The notes under the pieces were generated by a model. It was given only the letters and a program-made list of their open reading frames with translations, ran no database searches and was not told the origin of the DNA. DNA of 64,000 bases from an uncultured cyanobacterium (GTDB lineage: Bacteria > Cyanobacteriota > Cyanobacteriia > Cyanobacteriales > Nostocaceae). A program made the translations under genes and the position numbers. This document shows positions 1 to 10,400 of the stretch, one piece after another. Numbering within the stretch: the first letter of the stretch is position 1; each line of letters opens with the position of its first letter. The DNA is taken from the NCBI GenBank assembly GCA_963804415.1, contig CAWDQH010000032.1, forward strand, positions 132,435 through 196,434, given 5' to 3'.

Positions 1-219
1 GATATTCTAATAAACACCGAAGCAGTTAAAGATTGGATTAAAGACTCGAAATACGATGAGATGAGCGAGTTGATGAAGCAAGCGAGTTTCGACGGCATGA
101 TTACTATGAATCAGTCTCTATTTAATCTTTACCAAGAAGGTAAGATCACAGAAGAAACTGCACTGGAAATGTCACCGACTCCTAACGAGATGGCGCAGAT
201 GCTTCGAGGCAGAGTATAA
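1..219 (+). CDS. pilT: Type IV pilus retraction ATPase PilT, 3' end (truncated by window)
   Basis: Frame 1 reads DILINTEAVKDWIK...GMITMNQSLFNLYQEGKITEETALEMSPTPNEMAQMLRGRV*, typical of the cyanobacterial PilT C-terminus. Confidence 0.8.
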   Translation, partial: DILINTEAVKDWIKDSKYDEMSELMKQASFDGMITMNQSLFNLYQEGKITEETALEMSPTPNEMAQMLRGRV

Positions 220-429
220 GTTTAAGTAGTAGGGAATGGGGAACAGGGAACAGATAAAAAAATAAAAAGATATATTTATTTGTTTCATTTGTCAGCCTCG
301 TTCCCATACTATTAGTTGTATCTGTTGTTGAATACCGAGGCATAGCATTTATGCAAAAGGTTCTTAGTCGTCTTTGCAGGAAGTATAATAGCGAAGTCTG
401 AAATCCAAAATCCAAAATCCTATAAGCCG

Positions 430-1188
430 TTGAATTTAAACAAATCACCTTTACCGGAGTTATTCAAAGGGATTGCATTATTTACACCAGGGGGAGATAT
501 GATTTACTGTATCGACCCTAGTAAAAAAGGTAGATGGCATTCACATTTATGCAGTGCTTTACAGGAAATTTTAGATTTACCGGAACCACCTCATTTTTTA
601 GTACCACTATATACGGCAACAATTGACCACTGGCTAGATCCACGCACGGAAAAAGTAAGAACTTTTGCAGAGGCTTATCCAGCGGTGATACGTTATCAAT
701 CTTTGTTGAATGCAGTTTTTAATACTGGCAATTTAGCTTGGCAAACAACTCCTTGGAATGATGAATTATGCGATAGCATAGTATTATCAACTTATCGTTC
801 GAGTTTTGAGCAGTTATGGGTAAATCACGATTTAATTGTGCGTTTAGAAGTATCCGAACAACCTCCTATTGATTCTCAATCATTATTAACTGCACGACAA
901 ATGCCGTCTCAAACTCAACCTTATATTCTTCGCTTATTTGTTGCAGGGCATAATCATAATACTGAAAATATACTTAAAAACCTGCATGAATTATTAGAAA
1001 AATATTTGGGAAGCCCTTATACTCTGAGAATTGTTGATGTATTAACTCATCCCGAACAGGCAGAAATTTATCAAGTTAGTGCAACTCCTACTTTGGTTAG
1101 AGTTTTACCCAAACCAACAAAAAGAATTGTCGGAGATATGAATAATACAGAGAGAATTCTACATATGTTAGGTATATTGAATAAATAA
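430..1188 (+). CDS. KaiB-like domain protein (about 160-aa N-terminal extension plus C-terminal KaiB-like fold)
   Basis: C-terminus YILRLFVAG...LRIVDVLTHPEQAE...SATPTLVRVLPKPTKRIVGD matches KaiB; start is TTG, exact start uncertain. Confidence 0.8.
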   Translation: MNLNKSPLPELFKGIALFTPGGDMIYCIDPSKKGRWHSHLCSALQEILDLPEPPHFLVPLYTATIDHWLDPRTEKVRTFAEAYPAVIRYQSLLNAVFNTGNLAWQTTPWNDELCDSIVLSTYRSSFEQLWVNHDLIVRLEVSEQPPIDSQSLLTARQMPSQTQPYILRLFVAGHNHNTENILKNLHELLEKYLGSPYTLRIVDVLTHPEQAEIYQVSATPTLVRVLPKPTKRIVGDMNNTERILHMLGILNK

Positions 1189-1190
1189 AG

Positions 1191-1538
1191 TTATTCCGAT
1201 TGAATTTCTGGTGGTAGTTCAAATAAACCGTTTTCAGCAGCTTCAAATTTGATTACTTTGAATACCGCATCATTATTCAAAGCACCATAAATGTGGGGAA
1301 ATGTCTCGTTTTCTGTGACAGCATCGTAACGAATTTCTGATTTTACTTGATCGGAATCAATGAAAAGAAGCAGTAAATCTGTTTGATTTTTGAAGAAATA
1401 ATTTGCAACTTTTACAATTTGTGCTGATGTCGAACAATGGATAAATCCTTCAGTTTCCAGCGAGTTAGCACTGTAAATTCCTTTTGTTTGAGCTTTTTCC
1501 CAATCTTTACGGGGGGTGATATGAAAGATAGTTTTCAT
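1191..1538 (-). CDS. DUF952 family protein
   Basis: IFHIT...SLETEGFIHCST...FPHIYGALN motifs. Confidence 0.85.
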   Translation of the reverse strand: MKTIFHITPRKDWEKAQTKGIYSANSLETEGFIHCSTSAQIVKVANYFFKNQTDLLLLFIDSDQVKSEIRYDAVTENETFPHIYGALNNDAVFKVIKFEAAENGLFELPPEIQSE

Positions 1539-1555
1539 TTGTTGATTGTCACTTG

Positions 1556-2374
1556 TTAGTTGTTGGTTATTTCCGCAACTAAATTTGAAGCTTTGCTAAT
1601 TAAAGAAGTATTAGAATCAGTTTGATAATTTTCTAAATTTGCAACTTGTCGCACAACTGCTTCTAAATCCGCATTACCTTTCCTCGCACCTAAACCGTTG
1701 ACTGCACATTCGATTTGTCTAACTCCACAGTTTAAAGAGGTAATTGAATTTTCTACGGCTTTACCCAAATCATTGTGACAATGAACGGAAATTACCGCTT
1801 TGTCAATATTTGCGACTCGATTGAAAATCATTTCTAAAAGTTGAGAAAACTCTTCTGGGGATGCTAAACCCAAGCTATCGGGAATATTAATGGTTCTAGC
1901 ACCACTATTAATTGCTGTTTCAATCGCTTGACATAAAAAATCTGGTTCGCTTCTGGGTGCGTCAAAAGCACTCCATTCAACTTCCCCACAATGATTTCTT
2001 GCTAAAGATATATTATTTTTGATGCAATAAAATTCTTCTTCTAATCGAAGTTTTTCTTTACCTTTTAAATTGACGTTATTATAAGTATGAATTCTACCTC
2101 TTTTCGCTGGCTTAATAGCTTGAGCAACGCTGAGAATTTCTTCTTTTTTTGCACCTGCTAATCCGCAAATAGTAGAATCGTTAATTGCTTTAGATATCTG
2201 CAATACTTGCTCAAAATCTGAAGCCGAATTTGCTGGATATCCAACTTCAATTACATCTACTTTTATCTCTTCTAATAATTTAGAAATTGAAATTTTTTGC
2301 TGTAAATTGAATTTAACACCGGGCATTAATTCTCCATCCCGCATTGTCGTATCGAAAATTATGATTTTATTCAT
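1556..2374 (-). CDS. Short 2-isopropylmalate-synthase-like (DRE-TIM/HMGL-like) protein, catalytic barrel only
   Basis: DTTMRDGE, IEVGYP, NIPDSLG, HCHNDLG and GNADLE motifs; start placed at MNKIIIF because the longer ORF start lies in a CAATTAT tract. Confidence 0.8.
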   Translation of the reverse strand: MNKIIIFDTTMRDGELMPGVKFNLQQKISISKLLEEIKVDVIEVGYPANSASDFEQVLQISKAINDSTICGLAGAKKEEILSVAQAIKPAKRGRIHTYNNVNLKGKEKLRLEEEFYCIKNNISLARNHCGEVEWSAFDAPRSEPDFLCQAIETAINSGARTINIPDSLGLASPEEFSQLLEMIFNRVANIDKAVISVHCHNDLGKAVENSITSLNCGVRQIECAVNGLGARKGNADLEAVVRQVANLENYQTDSNTSLISKASNLVAEITNN

Positions 2375-2378
2375 GAGA

Positions 2379-2421
2379 CAATTATCAATTATCAATTATC
2401 AATTATCAATTATCAATTATC
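2379..2421. repeat. Heptamer tandem repeat (CAATTAT)x6, STRR-type
   Basis: caattatcaattatcaattat... read directly. Confidence 0.9.
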
Positions 2422-2440
2422 TAAATGTTAATCAATTGAT

Positions 2441-2512
2441 TATGGTGCGTGACGACAATTTCAACAATTTTCTTTATCATTAATAATTTGCCGCAGCCGT
2501 CACACACCCTAC
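2441..2512 (+). repeat. About 72-bp REP-like dispersed element (copy 1)
   Basis: tatggtgcgtgacg...gccgtcacacaccctac with inverted ends; aligns end to end with the reverse complement of 53921-53992. Confidence 0.75.
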
Positions 2513-2550
2513 ATAATTATCTTTCACAATGCCCCATGCCCTATTCCCAA

Positions 2551-4596
2551 TTAAGCTTCTTGATAAATTACCTCTTGAAACTGAATCACATCTTTTTGAG
2601 GATCTGCATGGGTAACTTTGACTAAAATTTCTTCACCTAAATCTACAGCACGTTTGAAGAACATGGGTAACTGCAAACCTAAATCTTCTAACAAAATTAG
2701 TGCCAAATTACTATCTTCTCTCAACCACATCAAAACTGTTGTATCCCAAGCTTTATCCAAGTGACGGCGCAAGTATTCAAGTGCCCAATATCTATTAGTT
2801 TGCCGTTCTACCATTACCACTTCCTGAGTAATACTGGTAACGTTCATCATGACTTCTTTAAGTCCTTCTGCTGAGAAGGGCAGAACCTCACCTCGAAGAT
2901 GAGCTTTGATTTGAAAGTGAGTAAGTAAGTCGCTATAACGACGAATAGGAGAAGTTGCTTGTGTATAAGTTTCTAATCCTAAACCCGCATGGCGCAATGG
3001 ATTGATACTCATTTCGCTCTTTGGCATACAGCGACGCATGGCACAGGATCGAACAAAACCTGCTGGTAATAGCAGCAATTCTTCTTCTGATGGTAATTCT
3101 GGTTGCGGCTGCCCTCGAAAAGGTAAAGGAATGCTATGAGTTTTACCATAACGAGCCGCGACTTCACCGGCAAGAATCATCATTTCGGCTACTAATTTTC
3201 GCGAACGAGAATCATCTAATAAATCTATATTAACTTCGTCATCTTTAACCTTTATGGTAGCCTCGGGCATATTAATGCTGATGGCTCCTTGCTCGTAGCG
3301 CCAAGACTTACGCTTTAAAGCCCATTTACCAAGGGCTGCTATTTCAGGTTCTTCTCGTACTCCCGATTCCAAAATATCGTTTACATCTTCATAAGTAAGA
3401 CGATAAGTCGGTTTTATTAAACTTGCATGAATGCTGTAATCTTCGACTCCACCAGTTTCATCTAAAATAATTCCGAAACTTAAAGCACAACAGATTTCTC
3501 CCTGTATCAAGCTCATTGGCCCGGTTGCCAATACTTCGGGAAACATCGGAATCATACCCGTGGGTAAATATACGGTACTGCCGCGCTTTCTTGCATCCAA
3601 GTCTAATTCATCTTCAGGTACAAGCCATCGCGTGGGATCTGCAATGTGTACCCATAATTTTTCTCGATTATTGGGAAGCATTTCCCAACTTAAGCCATCG
3701 TCTATTTCGGTCGTCGTTTCATCATCAACTGTATAGACTTTTAGATGAGTTAAGTCCAAACGGTTACGATCTGGATCTGGAGGAAGAGAATTTAAGCGTT
3801 CATGCGCCACATCTGTTACCTTAGTAGGAAATTGAACCGGAATCGAGGAACGACGTAGAAACAGGTTTTCATTTGGACTCCACCAACCCAAATCAACGAG
3901 CAATCCGAACGCTCCTTGAGGAGTTGCGGTACGTCCGAGCATCGTCATTGTTTCTAAAACTTGTGCGGGTGGGGGATAAGCTTGAGCTAAAGAATCGTAT
4001 TTCACTCCACCCCGCGTTACATCTGCTAGTAACGCCGCATATTTTTCTAACGCTTCAAGCCTATGGCGATCGTGCTTTTGCCATTCTACAGCTTCACCAT
4101 CAAGTGCCTGCTGTACCCTTGTTAAAAATTCTTGTTGCCCTTTAGCTTTAAGCGCTTCTACTTCTAATTGGTGCTTGCGTTCTGCGACAGCACTCGCGCT
4201 TCGTGGCTCGTAACCATCACCTTTTTGCTTGAAATAAACTTTGTCATCCGATAACAAGCAGTGAGCTGCATAAACTTGAGGTGGTTCTGCTTGAGAAAAC
4301 AGCAAATTCGCCATTTCTTCCGGAGTTGCAGACTCGCCATCTTCTACGAGTAATTCCCAAGCCACCTCTAAACTTGAAGGATCTAAATACGACTCTACCT
4401 GTTGCAGAAAATCCGGTATCTCTGATGCATTATAGGTTTGTCCGACAACTTTATAGGTAAATTGTCTCGGCGCGAGACTTGTGGATTGTCCTCGTTCATC
4501 TAACACAATAAAACGATTTTTTCCGTCTGGACGTTCTACCACACCCAAACGGCGATCGCCTTGATTTCTAAATTCTACTAGCGTCCCCTTTTCCAC
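2551..4596 (-). CDS. Ribonuclease II/R (RNB domain) exoribonuclease
   Basis: TVDDETTTEIDDGLS, VHIADPT, HAGLGLETYTQATSPIRRYSDL motifs. Confidence 0.95.
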   Translation of the reverse strand: MEKGTLVEFRNQGDRRLGVVERPDGKNRFIVLDERGQSTSLAPRQFTYKVVGQTYNASEIPDFLQQVESYLDPSSLEVAWELLVEDGESATPEEMANLLFSQAEPPQVYAAHCLLSDDKVYFKQKGDGYEPRSASAVAERKHQLEVEALKAKGQQEFLTRVQQALDGEAVEWQKHDRHRLEALEKYAALLADVTRGGVKYDSLAQAYPPPAQVLETMTMLGRTATPQGAFGLLVDLGWWSPNENLFLRRSSIPVQFPTKVTDVAHERLNSLPPDPDRNRLDLTHLKVYTVDDETTTEIDDGLSWEMLPNNREKLWVHIADPTRWLVPEDELDLDARKRGSTVYLPTGMIPMFPEVLATGPMSLIQGEICCALSFGIILDETGGVEDYSIHASLIKPTYRLTYEDVNDILESGVREEPEIAALGKWALKRKSWRYEQGAISINMPEATIKVKDDEVNIDLLDDSRSRKLVAEMMILAGEVAARYGKTHSIPLPFRGQPQPELPSEEELLLLPAGFVRSCAMRRCMPKSEMSINPLRHAGLGLETYTQATSPIRRYSDLLTHFQIKAHLRGEVLPFSAEGLKEVMMNVTSITQEVVMVERQTNRYWALEYLRRHLDKAWDTTVLMWLREDSNLALILLEDLGLQLPMFFKRAVDLGEEILVKVTHADPQKDVIQFQEVIYQEA

Positions 4597-4857
4597 AAGC
4601 CTTGTAATTCATTCAAGTTTTCAGTTATCGGATTTCGGATTATCTAAATATTAAATATAAACTAAATATAAATATTAAATCCTAAAATCCTGCTCATTTT
4701 CAATACAAAACAATTCAAAAATATCCGAGGTCTTTTACAGTGCGATCGCTGCCGATCTCAAAGTTGTAAACCTAGATATAACAGTAGTTTGGGAGGCAAC
4801 CGACCGCTATGATGCTCCGACAGCCTCCCCTTTTACTTTGTCCTTGAAATACTCGAT

Positions 4858-5073
4858 TTAAGCTTCGGCATTCACAAAAGGCAATAAAGCTAAAATTCTG
4901 GCACGTTTGATTGATGCAGTTAAAGCTCTTTGTTGCTGAGAAGTCAGACCAGTAATCCGACGTGGTAGTATTTTACCGCGTTCGGTAATAAATTTACGCA
5001 ATAAATCAACGTCTTTATAATCTATAGGTTCCCCAGGTTTTATGGGAGAAAGACGGCGACGATAATAAGCCAT
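4858..5073 (-). CDS. rpsR: 30S ribosomal protein S18
   Basis: [26 protein letters not shown]. Confidence 0.99.
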   Translation of the reverse strand: MAYYRRRLSPIKPGEPIDYKDVDLLRKFITERGKILPRRITGLTSQQQRALTASIKRARILALLPFVNAEA

Positions 5074-5075
5074 TT

Positions 5076-5270
5076 TTACTTAATTTCCTTGTGAACTGTA
5101 TGCGTGTTGCAATGCGTGCAGAACTTTTTCAGTTCCAAACGACTTGTTGTATTTCGACGATTCTTAGTACTCGTATAACGAGAAACTCCAGGCGAACGCT
5201 TGTTAGCGTTGCTGCGACACTCAGTACATTCTAGTGTCACTATTATACGGACACCTTTACTTTTAGCCAT
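5076..5270 (-). CDS. rpmG: 50S ribosomal protein L33
   Basis: LECTEC...[20 protein letters not shown]; directly upstream of rpsR. Confidence 0.99.
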   Translation of the reverse strand: MAKSKGVRIIVTLECTECRSNANKRSPGVSRYTSTKNRRNTTSRLELKKFCTHCNTHTVHKEIK

Positions 5271-5611
5271 AATAAGTCAAACAATTTAAGCTAGCAGATA
5301 ATAACACAAATAGCTATTGTCTCACATTCATTCGCCCAATTTCAACTATTTGACGAATCAAGCATGAAAACAGAAATAGTTGTAGGGTGACGAAATTATA
5401 ATAATTCCAGAATCGCTGTGATGCAAAGTTTGTACCACTATGGATTGCGCTTAGGAATCACGCTTAAGTATAGCAGCCACTTTGCCAAAAATGTTGCTTA
5501 ACGTAATAGATGTTAAAAGCGCCGTCACGATAGAAGATTATCGGCGTTGAATGGGAGGGGGAAGAATTTTTATAAGTAACTAAGGATCGATCTTTTTAGA
5601 TATCTAGATAC

Positions 5612-7346
5612 TTAAAATTGATAGTTGAGATTGAAATATAAACCGTTATCTTGCAAATTCTCGCCTCTATCATCTAAATCTACAAACGGGTAAGCGTAAT
5701 CTAATCTTAAATTTAAGTTTGGAATTGGCGACCATAATACACCTAAACCCAAACTGGCTAAAAATGTTTGGTTCGCGAGCTCGTTGGGGTTGTCGGGGTG
5801 ATTCCAAACTGCGCCCATATCGAAAAAGGGAGCAACTGCTAATTTAGTCAATCCAGCTTCACTACTATCAAGTGTAATTCTGTCTTCTACCAAAAGGCGG
5901 AAACCGTTGTCACCCGAACGCGCATTTTGACGGTAGCCCCGTAGAGATTGACCGCCGCCGATGATAAATTGTTCTGACGGCAAGAGGCTATCGGGGGTAA
6001 GTTGCAAGTCCCCTTGTACAATCAAAAGTTGATTTTTGCTCAAACGCTGTACTCGCTGTATTTGCCCCAACCAACTGACAAAACGGCTGTCGGGAACTGG
6101 GTTTTCATTGATAGTTGCATCAAATAAACCAGTACCGATACTAAACTGCGATAGCCCAAAGGGCGACCTTCGCGATCGCGCTGAGAAAATCCCCTTTGCA
6201 TCTCGTTTCAAGTAATCTTGTGCGAACCGCAAAACGCTGGTACGAGTTACACCGTTTTCCTCCGCACCAACTCCAAAGGGTGTAGCAATCCGATCAAAAA
6301 TAAAGGTTTGTCCGTCTCTGTAGCCAAATCCTAATGATAAAGCGAATTCTTCACGGGTTGAACGAATTAATGGCTGACGAAAACTGATTTCGTAGAATTG
6401 GGAATCACCTTCAATATTAAATTCTTCTAAATCATCTTGAGTAACTTTAGTGTTACTGATAGTGCTGCGTAGCTGTAAAGAACCATCTTGAGGATTCACG
6501 GGGAGACGATAGTTAAAATCGTAAAGATTTAATCCTCCAGTTGTAGAGCGATAATAAGAAGCAGAAAAATTATCTCCCAATCCGGTGACGTTACGATAAC
6601 CTAATGTTGCACCCAAACGTTGGGAACCGACACTGGGAGGAGAATAATTATCAAAACTCAAGTTTCCGTAAAACGGATTTGATTCTTTGACTCGCACAAC
6701 CAGAATACTTGCACCTGTTTTTGAGCCTGCTTGTAATGATGCTGATAAATTTTTAAATAATGGATCGGTTCTTAATAACCGCAGTCGATCTTCGAGTTGT
6801 TCTACCTGCAACGGTGATCTTGCACCAAGTTTAATTCTAGAACGAATATAACCGGGATTAAGTCGAGTTGTACCTTCAATTTTTATATCTTCTAAACTAC
6901 CTTCAATAACTTGAATTGTGACAACTCCATCGGTAATTTGCTGTTGGGGAAGAATAGCGCGAGATGTAAGATAACCTTTGTCTTGGTAAAGTTTAGTTAT
7001 AGACATTTGTAGCGGTTAAAAGTTGATTTAAAGTAACAGTACGTCCTATTAAAGGTTGAATTATTGGCTTTAATTTTTCTGTATCAAAAACGGTATTTCC
7101 AATTATTTTAACTTCACGTACAGGAAATTTTACCTGCTGTTGATTTGGTTTTGGTGTATTATTGGTTGCGGTTGCGGTTTCGGTAATATCGGTTCAGTTT
7201 CTTGTGGTGTAGCAGGTAAAGGTTGGGGAGAAGGTTGAATAAATCTATCTTCATTAGGATTCGGCTGTTGGGCTAAAGCATAGCTGCAATTAAATCCATA
7301 AAATATCATTCCTCCTAACCAGAAAAACTATTTTGTTGTAAAACAT
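5612..7346 (-). CDS. ShlB/FhaC/HecB (TpsB) outer-membrane transporter; 5' part interrupted by 2-3 frameshifts
   Basis: ORF 5612-7006 has POTRA (LYQDKGYLTSRA), LRGYRQN and a terminal F. Upstream frames encode signal-peptide-like, Pro-rich and VREVKIIGNTVF POTRA1 segments back to an ATG at 7346. Confidence 0.85.
6151..6174. repeat. 24-bp small dispersed repeat inserted in frame at a HIP1 site
   Basis: GCG|atagcccaaagggcgaccttcgcg|ATCGC; removing it restores GCGATCGC and the peptide FSARSQFSIG. Confidence 0.7.
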
Positions 7347-7393
7347 TATTCTTTTAAATAAATACAATAGCAAAGATAATCTACGAAACATAA

Positions 7394-7420
7394 TGTAGAG
7401 ACGTAGCACTGCTACGTCTC
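7394..7420. repeat. GTAG-type REP-like palindrome TGTAGAGACG-N-CGTCTC (family also at 16352, 17152, 31489, 36706, 46926, 57735, 63833)
   Basis: tgtagagacgtagcactgctacgtctc hairpin; eight related copies read in the window. Confidence 0.85.
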
Positions 7421-7470
7421 AATCGGGATTTAATTAACTCCAGATGATTTTTTTCAATCAACAGAATCTC

Positions 7471-10400
7471 TTACAAACTCGTGTCTAATACTTGACTATT
7501 ATCTGTTTGCTGAAGATAAATTACGGGATCTTTGAAGTTAGGGTCATTAATGATAAAGATGGTGCCAGTTCCATCGGTACGTCCAATTTGAATCACGCTA
7601 AAACCATCGATTAAGCGACTAATATCTTCCATTGTGATATCTAAGAAACTCGCTCCTGCATCGGATACACCGCTAACTCGAATATCTTGACTGACGGTGA
7701 AAGGACGAAACTGTAATTCACCACCGTTACTTTGAACTGCGCTACCGTCGGCAATATCGGTTTCATCTCCGGTAAAGGTAATGTTACCACCAAGTAATCC
7801 ACCCGAAGCGTTCACATCGGTAACGGTAATCGAACTCGATTCAAGATTCACGTCTCCCCCCGTACCGGAAGCGGAACTTGCATCTAGTTTTGGTGCTTCT
7901 CCGTTGGTAGTACTGATAGTACCTGCTTCATCGGTAGTCGCGGAAATATCACCACCATTACCTATACCATTGGAACGAGAAATCAAACTATTGGTTGCAA
8001 TGTTACCTTTAGCGGTAGTTAAAGAAATATCTCCACCGTTATTAGATGCGGCGCTGGAGTTTAAAATACCTGTTGAAGCATCAATACTGCCAAAGTCTTT
8101 CTGTACTTCTAAATTAATAGCACCACCATTTCCTTGTCCGTTGCTATTAGAATTTATATTGGCAACACTGATATTACCTTGACTGGTGTTGAGAGAAATA
8201 TCCCCTCCAGTACCCACAGCGTTACCCGATCTCAATGTCCCTACAGTTGTGTCGATCGCTCCTTTGTCATTATTAACTGTTAACGCAATATTTCCACCAA
8301 TTCCACCCGCACCGTCGGAGAAAGAGCTGATATTGCTAGTACCAATATTGCCTTCAGCAGTAGTTAATTCAACGTTGCCACCGTTACCACCATTTGAGCT
8401 AGAGTTAATATTTCCAGCAGTAGCATCAATATTGCCGACTCTTTCATTGCTAGCATCAATATTTAAAGTAATATTTCCACCGTCACCGCTACCTTGAGAG
8501 CGAGAAATTAAGTCAGCGCTGCTAATATTACCACCTGCGGTATCAATAGTAATATCACCACCATCACCTTGTTGAGAACTTGAATCTAATGTACTGCTGC
8601 TGGTATCGATTAATCCGGGAATGTCTGTAGCTGTGAGGTTAATTGCGCCACCAGTACCAGAGCCATCAACGCTGGAGTCAATATTTCCGGGGCTGATGCT
8701 ACCAGATTCTACTGTCAAGTTTACATTTCCACCATTACCGCTTGAGGAAGTTGTATTTAAAAGTCCGTTGCTGGTGTCGATATCGCCAATATCACCAGCA
8801 GTTGCAGTAATTTGACCGCCGTTTCCGGAACCTGTAGAAGAGGTATTAATTGTTGCCGTCTGAATATTACCGCCTGTAGTGGTATTTTCAGTACTTAAAC
8901 TTACATTTCCACCGTTAGCTTGTGTGGAACCAGATTTAATTATCCCGACTGTGGTATCAATAGAACCGCTATCACCTTCTACTCTCAGGTCAATATCTCC
9001 ACCTTTACTCGAAGTATCGTCGGTGAAAGAGTTGATATTACCCGCACTGATATTACCACCAAAGGTAGATAATCTAACTTGACCACCATCACCAACTGCG
9101 GAGGTTGAGTCTATGGTTCCTACAGTACTATCAATCGAACCACCACCAGCGTTGATATCTAAATTAATATCTCCTCCCGCACCACCTTGAGAAGAGAAGG
9201 AAGAAATATTAGCAGCACCAATATTTCCTTCATCGGTGGAGAGAGTAATATTTCCGCCATCTCCATCAAGGGAAGTTGATTTAATTGTGCCGTTGGTAGC
9301 ATCAATCTGACCGATATTGTTATTAACTGTCAGTTGAATCGTTCCCCCAGTTCCATCATCACCGGAACTAGCATTTATATCAGCAGTACTAATATCTCCT
9401 TCAAAAGTATTCAGGGTAATATTTCCCCCATTACCCAAACCAGAACTAGCATTGAGGGTACCGCTACTAGTATCGATTTGTCCCACAGCTTCGGGATTTT
9501 GGGCAATATTGTAACTGATATTTCCGGGAGTCCCATTTTTATCAGTGCTGGTATCTACATCCAAGGTAACGATATTACCACCAGCAGTAGAAAAGTTGAC
9601 GTTTCCGCCATTTCCACCTTTAGAAGTTGAAGAAACCTTAGCTCCACTGGTACTGATATTTATTGCTCCAGTTCCCCCAGTCACATCTAAATTAACTGTT
9701 CCACCGTTTCCAGAGTTTTTGGAACTAGCATTTATATCACCGTTTACCAAAATTGTAGAATTGGAAGATCGTAGAGTAATATCTCCCCCATCTCCACCAT
9801 TAGAAGTATCAATTCCAGCTACGGTTAATTTAGCGCCGGAAATTTCGATATTTCTCCCCCTCGCTCGGATGGTATCGGAGGAACTCATTAGAAATGAACC
9901 TGCATTATCACCGTCTGCATCAGCGGTAAAGGTAATACTACCGTCACCAGCTTTAAATTTTAATTCGTTATCGGGTAAGTCACTAAGGGTAATATTATTA
10001 TTCGCTTGCAAAATAATATTGGTACTACCAGACATTCCCTCTAATTCCGACTCAAATATATTAAAGGTACCGTTCAAAGGTGGTTCGCTGGCTAAAACTT
10101 CTGCTGTCGCTGCATTTTGATTGGTACCGAGAGCATTTTTCTTGCTACCATCATCGTCACCATCCTCTTTTCCTGGATTAATCGCAATATTTTTTGGATC
10201 GAGTAACAATGTACCAAAATTACCGTTAACCGCAGAAGTATCAACCTTACCTTTAAAAATTAAATTCTCTTTCCCAGAAACTTCCACAAAACCACCGTCA
10301 CCCGCAGTTTTACCACCGCGAGCGGTTATATTACCGTAAAACGAAGTAGCTTCATCCGACCAAATTATCGCTTTACCACCATTGCCGTTAATACTTGCAT

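Noticed and set aside
182-448. 88-aa minus-strand ORF
   Set aside because: Overlaps the pilT end and intergenic repeats; no recognisable motif.
430-1188. Calling this gene the core clock kaiB
   Set aside because: It is much longer than KaiB, divergent, and not in a kaiABC cluster.
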